A stretch of DNA of 55,983 bases from Endomicrobiia bacterium (GTDB lineage: Bacteria; Elusimicrobiota; Endomicrobiia; DTEH01). Each line of letters begins with the position of its first letter. The first letter of the stretch is position 1. The notes under the pieces were generated by a model, which was not told where the DNA came from, made no database searches, and was given only the letters and a program-made list of their open reading frames with translations. Of the stretch, positions 9,478-20,118 are shown piece after piece. A program made the position numbers and the translations under genes. The stretch lies in assembly GCA_025060535.1 (NCBI GenBank), contig JANXCA010000003.1:1-55983 (forward strand). The letters are read 5' to 3'.

Positions 9478-12400
9478 TTTAACATTTTTTTATAATAATC
9501 TTCTATAATTTTTTTAAATTCCTCTGGATATTTTTCAGATAAGGATTTAATAATATCCTCTCTTAAATGTTTAGGTGGAATATACTCCTTTGCTGAGGGT
9601 AAAATGACTCTCCCAAACATAACACCATATCTTCCAGTAGATGAAGACTTTATCTGCATTTTTGAAGACATAGGTTGTCCCATAGACTGGAAGATTTGTT
9701 CTAACATTGTCCTTTTTTCAGAAAAGTTATTTTTTAGCTGTAATAATAAGTTTGTTGCATTACTTTGGTTTTGCAAGGCTTCAGGAAAAGACAACTTCGA
9801 AAGATTTTCTTTTGAATTTAACATCTCTGTTTTGGCTTGCATTGTTAATGCAATATCACTATTTGATATTATAAAACTTTCTTTACCAATTGATTTAAGA
9901 TTTTGTAAAAAATTATTTGTATTTTTAATTAAGTTATTTTGACTATTATATAGCTGAATAGTTTTTTCAATAATTTTTAATGGATATTCAATCTTAGGTG
10001 GTAAATTAAATATCTCATTTAATTTTTGAAGTTCATTTCTTATTTCTATAGTGTACTGAATAAGTTCATTGTAGTCCTGTTGATTAATAGTTTTTACTAA
10101 CTCTACATTCTTTTCCCAATAGGATATAGCTTCTTTCAGCAATATCGATGTTTGTATGAGTTTTTTATTTTTTATTTCTGTTATAATTTTATTTAAATTA
10201 TTCGATACTAATTCACAATTAAACTCATAAGATTTACTATTAACAAATTTTATAAATTGTGGTAAATTTGTTACTTCTTTAATTTTTATTAGAATTTTAT
10301 TTATTATCTTTAAAATTTCATCTAATAATTTTTCTTGTAATTTCAAAGTTTCTTTAATTCTATATTCATCCACGGTTTTTGTTTCATCGTAAATTTTTTG
10401 TTGAGACTCTATCAACTCATCTAATTCTTTCATAATCCTATCTAATTCTTCCTTTAAATAAGAAGTTTGTAAAGATAACACATCAGAACTTGCATCCATT
10501 AAGGTTTTTGCCAAAGAATTCAGTTGCTTCATTAGTGACTCTGCCATTTTTATAGCAGAAGAAATATTACCCTTAGATATAGCAGAATAAATTTGATTGA
10601 GTAATTCCATAGGAGAAGAAAAATCAATATCTTGGATATCTCTTCTGTTTATGAAATCTTCCGGTAGCTCATTTGGAATATTCTTCAACATATTCGCGAT
10701 TTTATTTAATTTATCTTCAATTTCTTTAAGAAGATTTAAAAGCTTAGTTTTATCTTCTTTTGAGATATCAGATAATTGGTTAAGATAATCAAAAATATCT
10801 TTTGAAATATCAGTAGTCTCTTGTATTATATTTGATAAATTTTGCATATTTTGTCTTTTAATAATCTTATCCGTAAGCATAGCAGCTCGTTCAAGTGTAT
10901 TTATTATTTGATCTTGGAAATTAGAAGATGAAGTTATATCATTTTGTTTTAAACTATCTATTAGTTTCTCATTAATATCTTTTAAGGACCCAATTTGTGA
11001 ATGTAGATTTTTAAATTCCATATAAGTGTCTATAGATGTATAAGGGTCTAAAGGCATTTTATCTAAAATTGAATTTAATATATCATTTAGATTATTAAAA
11101 TTTTTGAATAAAAATTGGTGTTGTCTTATTAAATCAGTTATAGCTTCTATTTGAGAAGTAGTAATATCACATAATTTTTCTTTTAGTTCAATTTCTCTTG
11201 AAAGTGTATTAGTAACTTCTTCTATAAAATTTTTTATTTCTCTTTGTAATAACTCATGCTGTCTTTCGTAACTAAAAATTTCTATTTTATATTCATCAGT
11301 AATGTCTGTTTTGTAATTAGATATTTCATCATTGTCATATACTACCAAATGATAACTTATTATATCACCAAAATCTAAATCTAATTTTGTTAAATCAAAG
11401 AGATATTCGTCTAATATTTCCTGATTATTCTCTGTATATTCCTTTATTACATAAGATTTCTCATAATTTTTTTTGATATTTTTATAAATAAACTTCACCT
11501 TTAAAATACCAATATCATCTTTAGCAGAGTATACGATCGGAATTTGCGCAGTTTTGTCAACAATTATTTCTTTTTCAGGTGAAAGAATTTCTATCTTAGG
11601 ATATCTGTCATAAACAACCTTAAGTTGATATTTTAGTATATTACTTAATCCTTCTGTATCAAAAATTTCAAAAAAAAGCTCGGTATCTTTAATAATTTTG
11701 AAATTACCTGAAATATTTTTGTTTTTTTCTAATGCTAATTTGATTTTATTATTGTATATATTTAAATATACCTCCTTTACTTCTTTATTCATAGTAGCAC
11801 TAAACTTTATCTCACTTCCATAAAGAAATTTCCCCTCAGCAAAGCTTTGAAGGTTATATGGATTTAATTTAGTATAACTAGGAGGAATTACAATAATTCT
11901 TATATCAGATATTTCAGGTAATACTATAGGTTGTATAACATAAACTTTTGAATTGACTCCTCTGAACTTTACTTTATAAAAAATTTTTCTTTCTACTGAA
12001 GGAATTTCATATTTATAAATTTTACCTGTTGTATAACTCCCCGCATCTATAAGGTGTGTCTTTATAAATTTTTCTGAAAATTCTGTCTTAATAAATAACT
12101 CTGGCTTATATAACTCATAGCCTTTTTCTACTATAATTTTTATAATACAACTTTCTCCGTAAGGAATTTTGATATTTTTAGGAGTAATAAATATACCCAA
12201 AATCTCTGGTCTTCTTGTAAATAAAATTTTATGGATACTTGGTTTTATTACTTGTGGCGGTAAAAAATAAAGTATAAGAATTATCAATAGCAATACTATA
12301 TTTAAAGGCAAAACCTTTATAATTTTGTTAAATCCAGTGATTTTATTAATATCTATTTTTTTTATAACTTTTGCAACTTCCTCTACGAAGGTACTAGAAA

Positions 12401-12764
12401 GTTCTTTAGAAAAATTGAATGGCTGATTAGAATATAAAATTTTTTCTATTAAATATGCATTTATTACATCATCAAAATGTTTTAATAAAGAAATTTTATA
12501 CAATTCTTCTTGAAGACATTTATATGGTTGTCGTAAAGTTTCATAGGCTCTTAATAAAAGATTAAAGAAAAAAAATACAATAGCAACACCTATTACTACC
12601 CAATAAATATGAAATACAAATATTGGCAAAGGAAATATTTTGTCAATTAAAACACTTAAAATAAAGGCACCGATTACAATATTAATTAAAGTTATTAAAT
12701 ATCTTAAAAATAGAAATAATAACTTTAAAATTTTTATCTTATTTATATATTTTTTAATAACCAT
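9474..12764 (-). CDS. DUF4175-like membrane protein (three N-terminal TMs, Ig-like region, long helical C-terminus)
   Basis: TM segments; PPSYTKL, D..PKIEILSP, AKDDIGI and GDIISYHLVVYDND motifs; C-terminal YPEEFKKIIEDYYKKM. This family is typically linked to DUF58/DUF4159 clusters. Confidence 0.65.
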   Translation of the reverse strand: MVIKKYINKIKILKLLFLFLRYLITLINIVIGAFILSVLIDKIFPLPIFVFHIYWVVIGVAIVFFFFNLLLRAYETLRQPYKCLQEELYKISLLKHFDDVINAYLIEKILYSNQPFNFSKELSSTFVEEVAKVIKKIDINKITGFNKIIKVLPLNIVLLLIILILYFLPPQVIKPSIHKILFTRRPEILGIFITPKNIKIPYGESCIIKIIVEKGYELYKPELFIKTEFSEKFIKTHLIDAGSYTTGKIYKYEIPSVERKIFYKVKFRGVNSKVYVIQPIVLPEISDIRIIVIPPSYTKLNPYNLQSFAEGKFLYGSEIKFSATMNKEVKEVYLNIYNNKIKLALEKNKNISGNFKIIKDTELFFEIFDTEGLSNILKYQLKVVYDRYPKIEILSPEKEIIVDKTAQIPIVYSAKDDIGILKVKFIYKNIKKNYEKSYVIKEYTENNQEILDEYLFDLTKLDLDFGDIISYHLVVYDNDEISNYKTDITDEYKIEIFSYERQHELLQREIKNFIEEVTNTLSREIELKEKLCDITTSQIEAITDLIRQHQFLFKNFNNLNDILNSILDKMPLDPYTSIDTYMEFKNLHSQIGSLKDINEKLIDSLKQNDITSSSNFQDQIINTLERAAMLTDKIIKRQNMQNLSNIIQETTDISKDIFDYLNQLSDISKEDKTKLLNLLKEIEDKLNKIANMLKNIPNELPEDFINRRDIQDIDFSSPMELLNQIYSAISKGNISSAIKMAESLMKQLNSLAKTLMDASSDVLSLQTSYLKEELDRIMKELDELIESQQKIYDETKTVDEYRIKETLKLQEKLLDEILKIINKILIKIKEVTNLPQFIKFVNSKSYEFNCELVSNNLNKIITEIKNKKLIQTSILLKEAISYWEKNVELVKTINQQDYNELIQYTIEIRNELQKLNEIFNLPPKIEYPLKIIEKTIQLYNSQNNLIKNTNNFLQNLKSIGKESFIISNSDIALTMQAKTEMLNSKENLSKLSFPEALQNQSNATNLLLQLKNNFSEKRTMLEQIFQSMGQPMSSKMQIKSSSTGRYGVMFGRVILPSAKEYIPPKHLREDIIKSLSEKYPEEFKKIIEDYYKKMLK

Positions 12765-12772
12765 GACGATAT

Positions 12773-13891
12773 TTAAATTACTTTATTCAAAATTTTATTA
12801 ATCAAATTAGCTATAATTACAGAAGGATTATTTTTAATATATTTTTTGATATTTTCTTTATATTCATCAAGATTTATCCTGTTTTCAATTATATCATCAA
12901 GGATTTGATAAACTTTTTCTATATCTTCTTCATAAAAACCCATCTTATATTTTTTAACAATATAGACATTTCCCTTCTCTTGTGCTGGAACAAATAACGG
13001 AATAAAAACCGGGACACCACTTGAAAGTGATTCAGAAACAATAGCTCCTCCTCCTTTACATATGATTACATCACTTACTCTGAGAAAATCATGCATCCTA
13101 TCAGTCCAGCCAATTATTTTGGTATTTACATTAAAAGTAAGTTTTGTAAGATAATCATATAAATTCTTATATTTTCCAGTAATAATTATCATCTGAAAAT
13201 TATTATTTTTATTTCTTAAATAATTTATAATTTCTAAGAATCTTTCAACAGCTCCTAAACCTATTGTTATCAAAATTGTCTTTTTATTTATTTCTAATCC
13301 CAAATCTGATAAGACCTTTTCTTTTTGTATTTTTTCAAAAATCTTAGGATTTACTGGGAACCCTGTAACATAGATATTTCGTACTCCATAATTTATTAAA
13401 ACATGTTTAGTGTCTTCATCTATCACAAAATAATAATCTACATCTTTATCTATCCAAGCCGTGTGTATCATATAGGAATCAGTAATAATGCATATATATG
13501 GTATTTTTTTAACTTTCTTTTTATATCTTTTAACTAAAAAATTCCAATATGGATGTGTAGAAATTATTATATCCGGCTCGTATTCATTTAGTATCTTTTC
13601 AAAAATTTTATAGTTGGTAGACAATAAAAGAATCTTAAGAAAAAATTTACAGAAATTATTATTAGTTAAAGTAAAAAATATATCAAAGATAATAGGTTTT
13701 TCCATAGAAAAATTGTAAAGTTTTTGAAAAAAAGTAGGTTTATTCTGTGATTTAGCCATAAACAAAAAATCTATGATTTTTGTAGAAAACTGAGGATAAA
13801 CAAAATTAACTGCAGCTTCTACTGACTTAGCTGCTGTTATATGGCCAGTACCATAACTAGCTGTAAGGATTAATATCTTTTTATTATTCAT
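12773..13891 (-). CDS. GT28 MGDG synthase/UgtP-like diacylglycerol glycosyltransferase
   Basis: ILILTASYGTGHITAA, IIISTHP, IITDSYMIHTAWI, TGFPV and KGGG..VSE...PAQEKGN motifs. Confidence 0.8.
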   Translation of the reverse strand: MNNKKILILTASYGTGHITAAKSVEAAVNFVYPQFSTKIIDFLFMAKSQNKPTFFQKLYNFSMEKPIIFDIFFTLTNNNFCKFFLKILLLSTNYKIFEKILNEYEPDIIISTHPYWNFLVKRYKKKVKKIPYICIITDSYMIHTAWIDKDVDYYFVIDEDTKHVLINYGVRNIYVTGFPVNPKIFEKIQKEKVLSDLGLEINKKTILITIGLGAVERFLEIINYLRNKNNNFQMIIITGKYKNLYDYLTKLTFNVNTKIIGWTDRMHDFLRVSDVIICKGGGAIVSESLSSGVPVFIPLFVPAQEKGNVYIVKKYKMGFYEEDIEKVYQILDDIIENRINLDEYKENIKKYIKNNPSVIIANLINKILNKVI

Positions 13892-13915
13892 CTTTAACCT
13901 CCTAAAATTTATAAT

Positions 13916-16052
13916 TTATTGAGAAATTAAATTCAAAAAAAATTTTGCTTCCTTATGATATGGATTTAGTTTTAAAGTTTGTTCTAGATAATACTTTACT
14001 TTATACCAATCTTTTTTATACCAATATATAACTGCAAGATTATAATAAGCATCCGCAAAGTAAGGATTATATTCCAATGATTTATTATATACATTAATTG
14101 CCTCATCTCTCATACCCTTTTTTTCTAAAACCACTCCTAAGTGTAAATAACAATTAGCAAGATTCATCCTTATCTCATTAACAACATCATCAAAAGCTTT
14201 ATATTTCTTTGCTAATTCTATATATTCTTCAAATTTTTTTGCTGAAGTCTTATACCATATAAGAGCATCATCTAACAAACTTAACAGATAATAAAAATAA
14301 CCAAGTTCAAAATAGCCATAAGGATAAATTGGGTTCATCAATATAGAGTATTTATAAAAATATTCATTTTTTAATCCCATTATTTTATGTTTAGTTAACC
14401 AATGTCCACTGTTTAATAAAGCTTTACTATAATCCTCAATGAGATCTGAACAAAAGAAATCAAAATTTAAATCATATATGTATCTACCTCTTAATATATA
14501 TATATTTTCAAATAAAAAATCAGTAAAAACTTTTTCATTATCTTTTCTTTCTAAAACTTTTAATAATAAACCATGTGGCTTTAAAATAAAATTTTTAATC
14601 TGTGGTAATTCCACATCATAAGAAATAAAAATTTTGTAACCAAAATTAAAATTTTGTTTAATAAATTCTTCCCATTCTTGGTTATTATTTAAAGGGCCAA
14701 TAAAAGGTTTTTCTTTATATCTACGGCTATACATTTCCTTATACCAAATTGAACCTGAAAGTCCTGTCGGTATAATATGTACATCTTTTCTATTCTTTTC
14801 CACAATACTTTTGTACCATAAAGAAAATAATTGAACATCTTCTTTTACTACTATTATGCTCTTGGACGGAACAGTTCTTAATACATTTATAGAATAATCA
14901 TACGCATAAAAGTTATTTCTTTTGTTCAATTTTTTATAGTTTTCTAAAATATTAAAACTAAGAATATATAAAATCACAACAATAAGATATTTAAAAACAT
15001 AACTATATCTATTATAAACAAAAAAAATTCCTAACATAAACCATACCCATATTACAACATTAGGAAGTAAAAAATGAGCCTCAAGAATTGCAAAAGCATG
15101 AGGATTAGGTGGCATGTTTGCTTTATATATAAAAAACATAGAACTAAATAACCAGCTCAAAAATAACGACAAACCAAAATAGGAACTTATATCCAATCCA
15201 AAAATAACTAATAAAATTCCTATAAATCCTAAGTTCTTTAAAATATGAGAAAAATAAAATTTTACACCATCAGAAAAGTTTTCAGAAGTTTTATATTTAG
15301 AAGAAATTAAATCTAATGTAGAACCATGTGTCTTCCTTGTTAGAGAAGCCCAAAATCTATTTAATTGCTCTGGATTATTCCAATCGATGAATGGTTGAGA
15401 AGAAGATCTTATAGGAAGGTATAAATAAACACTAATTCCTATTAAAAATAAAATTAACAATAAATGTAAAGATTTTATACTTTTTTTAAATTTTATATAA
15501 TATTAGTGAAAATATTATACAAGGAAAAAACAATACTATGTCTAATCTATTTGTAATTCCTAACGCAAATATAAAAAACAATAAGTAAATATATTTCTTA
15601 TTTAGATTATGATACATAAAAGTTAACAATACTATAACTGAAGCAAAAAATGTATTAAATGTATACATTTCTGAAACCAAAGATAAATACCACTGAAGAT
15701 AGCCAAAACTAAAACAAAGTATCGCAAAATATCCTAAAATTAAAAAAAATACTTTGTTTTGTTTTATATACTTATCTATTATAAGTTTAAACAAATAAAA
15801 TAAAATAACTGCTGTAAGTGCTGAAAAAATACAAGAAACTATGTTAATTTTATATCCAAAATTTCCAAAAGGTATTATTCTTCCTAATATATAAATAATA
15901 AGAGTATACAAAGGATAACCTGGCGGATGCGCAACTCCCAAAATATAGCCAACAGTAGCAAATTCTCCTGAATCACGATAAGCAGCTATTGTAGGAAAAG
16001 CACAATAAAGATAAAACAAAAATGTATTTAAAAACAAAACTAAATATATCAT
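13916..16052 (-). pseudogene. DUF2723/TMEM260-like GT-C glycosyltransferase + TPR, split by one extra base near 15490 (pseudogene or assembly indel)
   Basis: ORF 15486-16052 carries RDSGEF...GVAHPPGYPLY; ORF 13916-15460 carries YLYLPIRS...WNNP and TPRs. Removing one A from TAT AAAA TTT AAAAAAA GT joins them into ~711 aa, similar to the 672- and 684-aa paralogues. Confidence 0.8.
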
Positions 16053-18067
16053 AATTTTAATCTCAAATATTGAATATACCTTTTGATTTCTTCGTTATCA
16101 GGTTGTAACTTTAATAGTTTTTCAAAATAATCTAATGCTTTTTTAAAATTATTCATTTCCCAATATAAAATTCCAAGATTATAATAAGCCTGAGAATTAT
16201 TAGGATTTATAGAGATTGCCTTTAAAAAACATTCTTCAGACTCTTTAAATTTGTTTTGTTTTTTATACACAACTCCTAAATTTATAAGAATTTCTAAGTA
16301 AACCTCAGATGGCAGTTGATAGTTGTATATGATTTTTAAATATTCTTGTTCTGCTTTATGAAAATCATTTATTAAGAAATAGTAATAAGGAATAAAAGTT
16401 AAATATTTATAATCATTATTTAAAAAAAATAGTTCATTATATAATAATTCAACTACATATGATAGTTTTTTATTATGTATTGCTCTTTTAAAATAAAAAT
16501 TAGATAATAAATTTAAATAAACATTGTATAAAACTAATTCTCTGAAATTTAAGTCTTTTACTCCTCTTATTATAAAAATTTCATTTGGAATGTGGATTTT
16601 ATAATTTTCAAATGTAGTATAAACTAAACCAAATTCATATTTAGAAGTAGAAGTTTGCTGTGGCAAAACAGTATTGTAAATCACTTTATTAGGATGTTTG
16701 TCTATAATTTCAGTTTCCACCTTAGAGCGTATTTTTAGTCGTTCTTGTCCCCATATCATATAATAAGAATTACCATATATACTTCTACTTACTGAAGCAT
16801 TACAATCTACAAATAAAATATCATTACGCTTTTTTAAACATCTTTGATAATATGCAATACCAAATTCTGTTTCATCAGCTCTATCTGATAAAAGAAAAGT
16901 ATCATAAGGTACATTTCTTAAAATGTTTACAATATAATCATAAAGAAAATAATTGTTTCTTAAAGATATAGATTTTAAATTTTTAAAATATGAAAATAAA
17001 TTCAAAAGTATCAAAAAATAGATAATACTTTTTTTATTTTTCAAAATATTTATACTAAAAATCACAAAGAATACTAAAGAAATTACTGATGAAGTAATGA
17101 GACGTTCTAATATATATATATTTCCAGAAGAAATATTTTTTAATCCTGTTAAGGTAATAAACAAAGGACCCGTAAATAAGAAAGAGAAAAAAACTATGGT
17201 TATATTAGTAAATTTTATTTTTCTATTTACTATTAAAACTAAAATTGAAAAAAGTAAAAACATTAAATTCTTTACTCCTAAAATATAAAAGAATAATTTA
17301 AAACCATAATATAAACTATTAAAACCAAAATATAATTTACCTCCCTGAGCTAAACTAAAAGTTCCATATCTCCCCCTAAAAAATAAATATAAAAATCTAT
17401 CTAAAGTTTGAGGATCCTCCCAATCATAAAGTGGCTCTACAGAAGATCTTATAGGAATATAAAGATAGATCAAAAAACCTATTATAAAGAATATTAAAAA
17501 ATATAATACATCATTGAGATTTAATTTATAAATTTTAATATTAATCAACCAATATAAAACTAAAGATGGGATTAGAAAAATAATTATATGTTGACAACCC
17601 AAACTTAGTCCCAATAAGAAACCTAAGATATAGAAACGTTTTTTAAATAAAATATCTTCACTAAATAAAAAATAAAAAATAAGAACGACTAATAAATTAT
17701 AAAGAGAAAACACTTCTCCTATTATTGACTGCTTTAACAAAATCGGCTGTGAAAAATAAAAAGTAAAAGCGAAAAGCCCAAAAAGAAAATTCGCTTTTTT
17801 ATAAGCAAAAATAAAAATCAATATACCAGACACTATAAAAATAATCATAGAAATAAAACCGGCTCTATACCCATAATCTCCTAAGGGTAAAATGTTAATA
17901 AAAAATTTGTATAAGATGCAAAATAATGGATAACCAGGGCTGTGAGCAATTCCCAAATTAGAAGCCGCTCCAACTAATTCTGCAACATCTCCTACTGTTA
18001 TAGTAGGAGGTAAAGTATAAATTAAAGAAAATAGATATAAAGTAATTAAAAAGAAAAAAAATATCAT
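16049..18067 (-). CDS. DUF2723/TMEM260-like multi-TM GT-C glycosyltransferase with C-terminal TPRs
   Basis: GDVAEL...GIAHSPGYPLF, EVFSL, GLSLGCQH, YLYIPIRS...WEDP motifs; many TMs; TPRs. Confidence 0.85.
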   Translation of the reverse strand: MIFFFFLITLYLFSLIYTLPPTITVGDVAELVGAASNLGIAHSPGYPLFCILYKFFINILPLGDYGYRAGFISMIIFIVSGILIFIFAYKKANFLFGLFAFTFYFSQPILLKQSIIGEVFSLYNLLVVLIFYFLFSEDILFKKRFYILGFLLGLSLGCQHIIIFLIPSLVLYWLINIKIYKLNLNDVLYFLIFFIIGFLIYLYIPIRSSVEPLYDWEDPQTLDRFLYLFFRGRYGTFSLAQGGKLYFGFNSLYYGFKLFFYILGVKNLMFLLFSILVLIVNRKIKFTNITIVFFSFLFTGPLFITLTGLKNISSGNIYILERLITSSVISLVFFVIFSINILKNKKSIIYFLILLNLFSYFKNLKSISLRNNYFLYDYIVNILRNVPYDTFLLSDRADETEFGIAYYQRCLKKRNDILFVDCNASVSRSIYGNSYYMIWGQERLKIRSKVETEIIDKHPNKVIYNTVLPQQTSTSKYEFGLVYTTFENYKIHIPNEIFIIRGVKDLNFRELVLYNVYLNLLSNFYFKRAIHNKKLSYVVELLYNELFFLNNDYKYLTFIPYYYFLINDFHKAEQEYLKIIYNYQLPSEVYLEILINLGVVYKKQNKFKESEECFLKAISINPNNSQAYYNLGILYWEMNNFKKALDYFEKLLKLQPDNEEIKRYIQYLRLKL

Positions 18068-20118
18068 TTTACATCATTCTTTTTTTTCTCTTCAATGGCA
18101 CGATTAATATAATATTTTATTTGATAATTGTCAGGTTGTAAAGCCAAGGCCTTATTAAAATACTCTATAACTTTATCCCACTTAGATTGTTTCCAATAAA
18201 GTACTCCTAAATTATAATACGCTGTAGAATTATAAGGAGCAATTTCTATAACTCTGTTATAGTATTCTTCAGCAAGGGAAATTTCATTTAGGTTTTCAAA
18301 TATCACACCTAAATTTAACAAAGCACTTGTGTCTTTAGGATTGATTTTTAAAATCAATTCATATATATCTTTTGATAATTGAATATCTCCTTGATTAAAT
18401 GCTTTATATGCTTCATTATGTAATTCTATTAATATATTGTTTTTTAGCCAATCAACCTCTTTCCATAGAAAATAGCATAATTTTAAAATACTTATTTTTT
18501 TTCTTATATCTGTTTCATTTACTGCTTCCATAAATAAATATATAGGTACTAAAGCTTTACTTCTATAATCATAGTATTTATGATACAAACTCCTATATGA
18601 ATAGATCTGTTTAAATATATCTTTATTATACAAATTAGAAACAAACTGTGATTCCACAACATATAATACACCTGCATATTTTAACTCTATATTAGGTAAA
18701 ATATTTCTATTAAAAGTAGAATAAAATACTGGAAATTTATTAATTAAACTTTTTTCCACAATAATTCTTCTCTCTTCTTTTTCTTCTTTTGTTAAACTTC
18801 TAAAATCCTTTCCATATATATTCCTAAAAACCAATCCACCTCTATCATGTAATCTTACATCTAACCTTCTTCTTTCTACTGCTTGCATATATCCTAATGT
18901 GTAGAAAGTATCATCTCCTCCGTCCATAAATAAAAAACTATTTTTTGGTAATGTTCGTAAAATATTTATACCATAGTCATAATTAAGATAATACTCTCTA
19001 TAATTACAAATATGAAAATTATTAAATATTTTATTCAACAACAAAATCAAAACTATTATCAAAGGGATTTTTAAAAATTTTTCATCAAAATATATAATGC
19101 TTAAAACTATAGAAAAAATTCCTACAAAATTAGGCAAAATATAAAACCTTTCTAATATGCCCTCATATATATCTGAATAAGGCAGATTAGAAAGAATTAA
19201 AAAACCTAATCCAGAAATTAAATACATTAAAATTAAATAAAAAAATAATTTTTTATTCGAAAAATATATTTTAACAAAACTAAAAAATATTAAAAATAAC
19301 AAAAATATACCTAAATCTCTTATAGTTCTTTTAAAAAATCTACTTATTTGAACTGATATGTTTCTAATATTATATTCGTTTTTTTTCTCAACAGTAAGTT
19401 GAAAAGTTCCATAATCTTTTCTTATTATTACATTATATAAATTTACTAAACTTTTTGGATTTCCCCAATTAAAGTATGGGTCTTTAGCTGCTCTCAATGG
19501 AAGCATTAAATATATACTAAACCCTAACATAAAAAACAAAAAAAAGATAAATATCATTTTTATTTTAATACGATTGACAAAAAATAAATATATAATTGAT
19601 GGAAGTAAAAAAACTATTGTGTGGTGATTTCCTAAAGATAAACCAAATAAAAACGAAATCATATACCAATTCTTAAAAGAAGATTTTTTAATCTCTTTAT
19701 ATGAAAAGCATAACAACAATAAAGCAAAAAATATATTTAACACAAATACTTCAGTTTGAACTGTATTCCTAAAATACGGTTCAGAAAACAAAAAAATTAA
19801 AAAAATAAACATAGAGACAAATATTTTTAACTTGTCTATAACGAAATTAGAAATAAATAAAACAAATATTATTAAAATAAAAACAGAAAATAAAACATTC
19901 ATTATGTTTATTCTATATGCATAATTGCCAAAAGGAATAATAAAAGAAAAGATTTTACCTATTACAGAATATAAAGGATAGCCTGGACTATGTGCAATTC
20001 CTAATATATATGAAGTGGTAATAAACTCACCACTATCCCCACTATTTACATAAGGGGACGTATTATGTAAGAAAATTATAAAAACTGCTATTATTAAGAT
20101 TCCTAGTAAAATCTTCAC
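18064..20118 (-). CDS. DUF2723/TMEM260-like multi-TM GT-C glycosyltransferase with C-terminal TPRs
   Basis: SGDSGEF...GIAHSPGYPLY, EVFVLN, GLSLGNHH, YLMLPLRA...NWGNP, GDDTFY motifs; TPRs. Confidence 0.85.
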   Translation of the reverse strand: MKILLGILIIAVFIIFLHNTSPYVNSGDSGEFITTSYILGIAHSPGYPLYSVIGKIFSFIIPFGNYAYRINIMNVLFSVFILIIFVLFISNFVIDKLKIFVSMFIFLIFLFSEPYFRNTVQTEVFVLNIFFALLLLCFSYKEIKKSSFKNWYMISFLFGLSLGNHHTIVFLLPSIIYLFFVNRIKIKMIFIFFLFFMLGFSIYLMLPLRAAKDPYFNWGNPKSLVNLYNVIIRKDYGTFQLTVEKKNEYNIRNISVQISRFFKRTIRDLGIFLLFLIFFSFVKIYFSNKKLFFYLILMYLISGLGFLILSNLPYSDIYEGILERFYILPNFVGIFSIVLSIIYFDEKFLKIPLIIVLILLLNKIFNNFHICNYREYYLNYDYGINILRTLPKNSFLFMDGGDDTFYTLGYMQAVERRRLDVRLHDRGGLVFRNIYGKDFRSLTKEEKEERRIIVEKSLINKFPVFYSTFNRNILPNIELKYAGVLYVVESQFVSNLYNKDIFKQIYSYRSLYHKYYDYRSKALVPIYLFMEAVNETDIRKKISILKLCYFLWKEVDWLKNNILIELHNEAYKAFNQGDIQLSKDIYELILKINPKDTSALLNLGVIFENLNEISLAEEYYNRVIEIAPYNSTAYYNLGVLYWKQSKWDKVIEYFNKALALQPDNYQIKYYINRAIEEKKKNDVK

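Noticed and set aside
15481-15494. Programmed -1 ribosomal frameshift at TTTAAAA
   Set aside because: Restoring the gene needs a +1 shift, the heptamer is not in the X XXY YYZ phase, and there is no downstream stimulatory structure.
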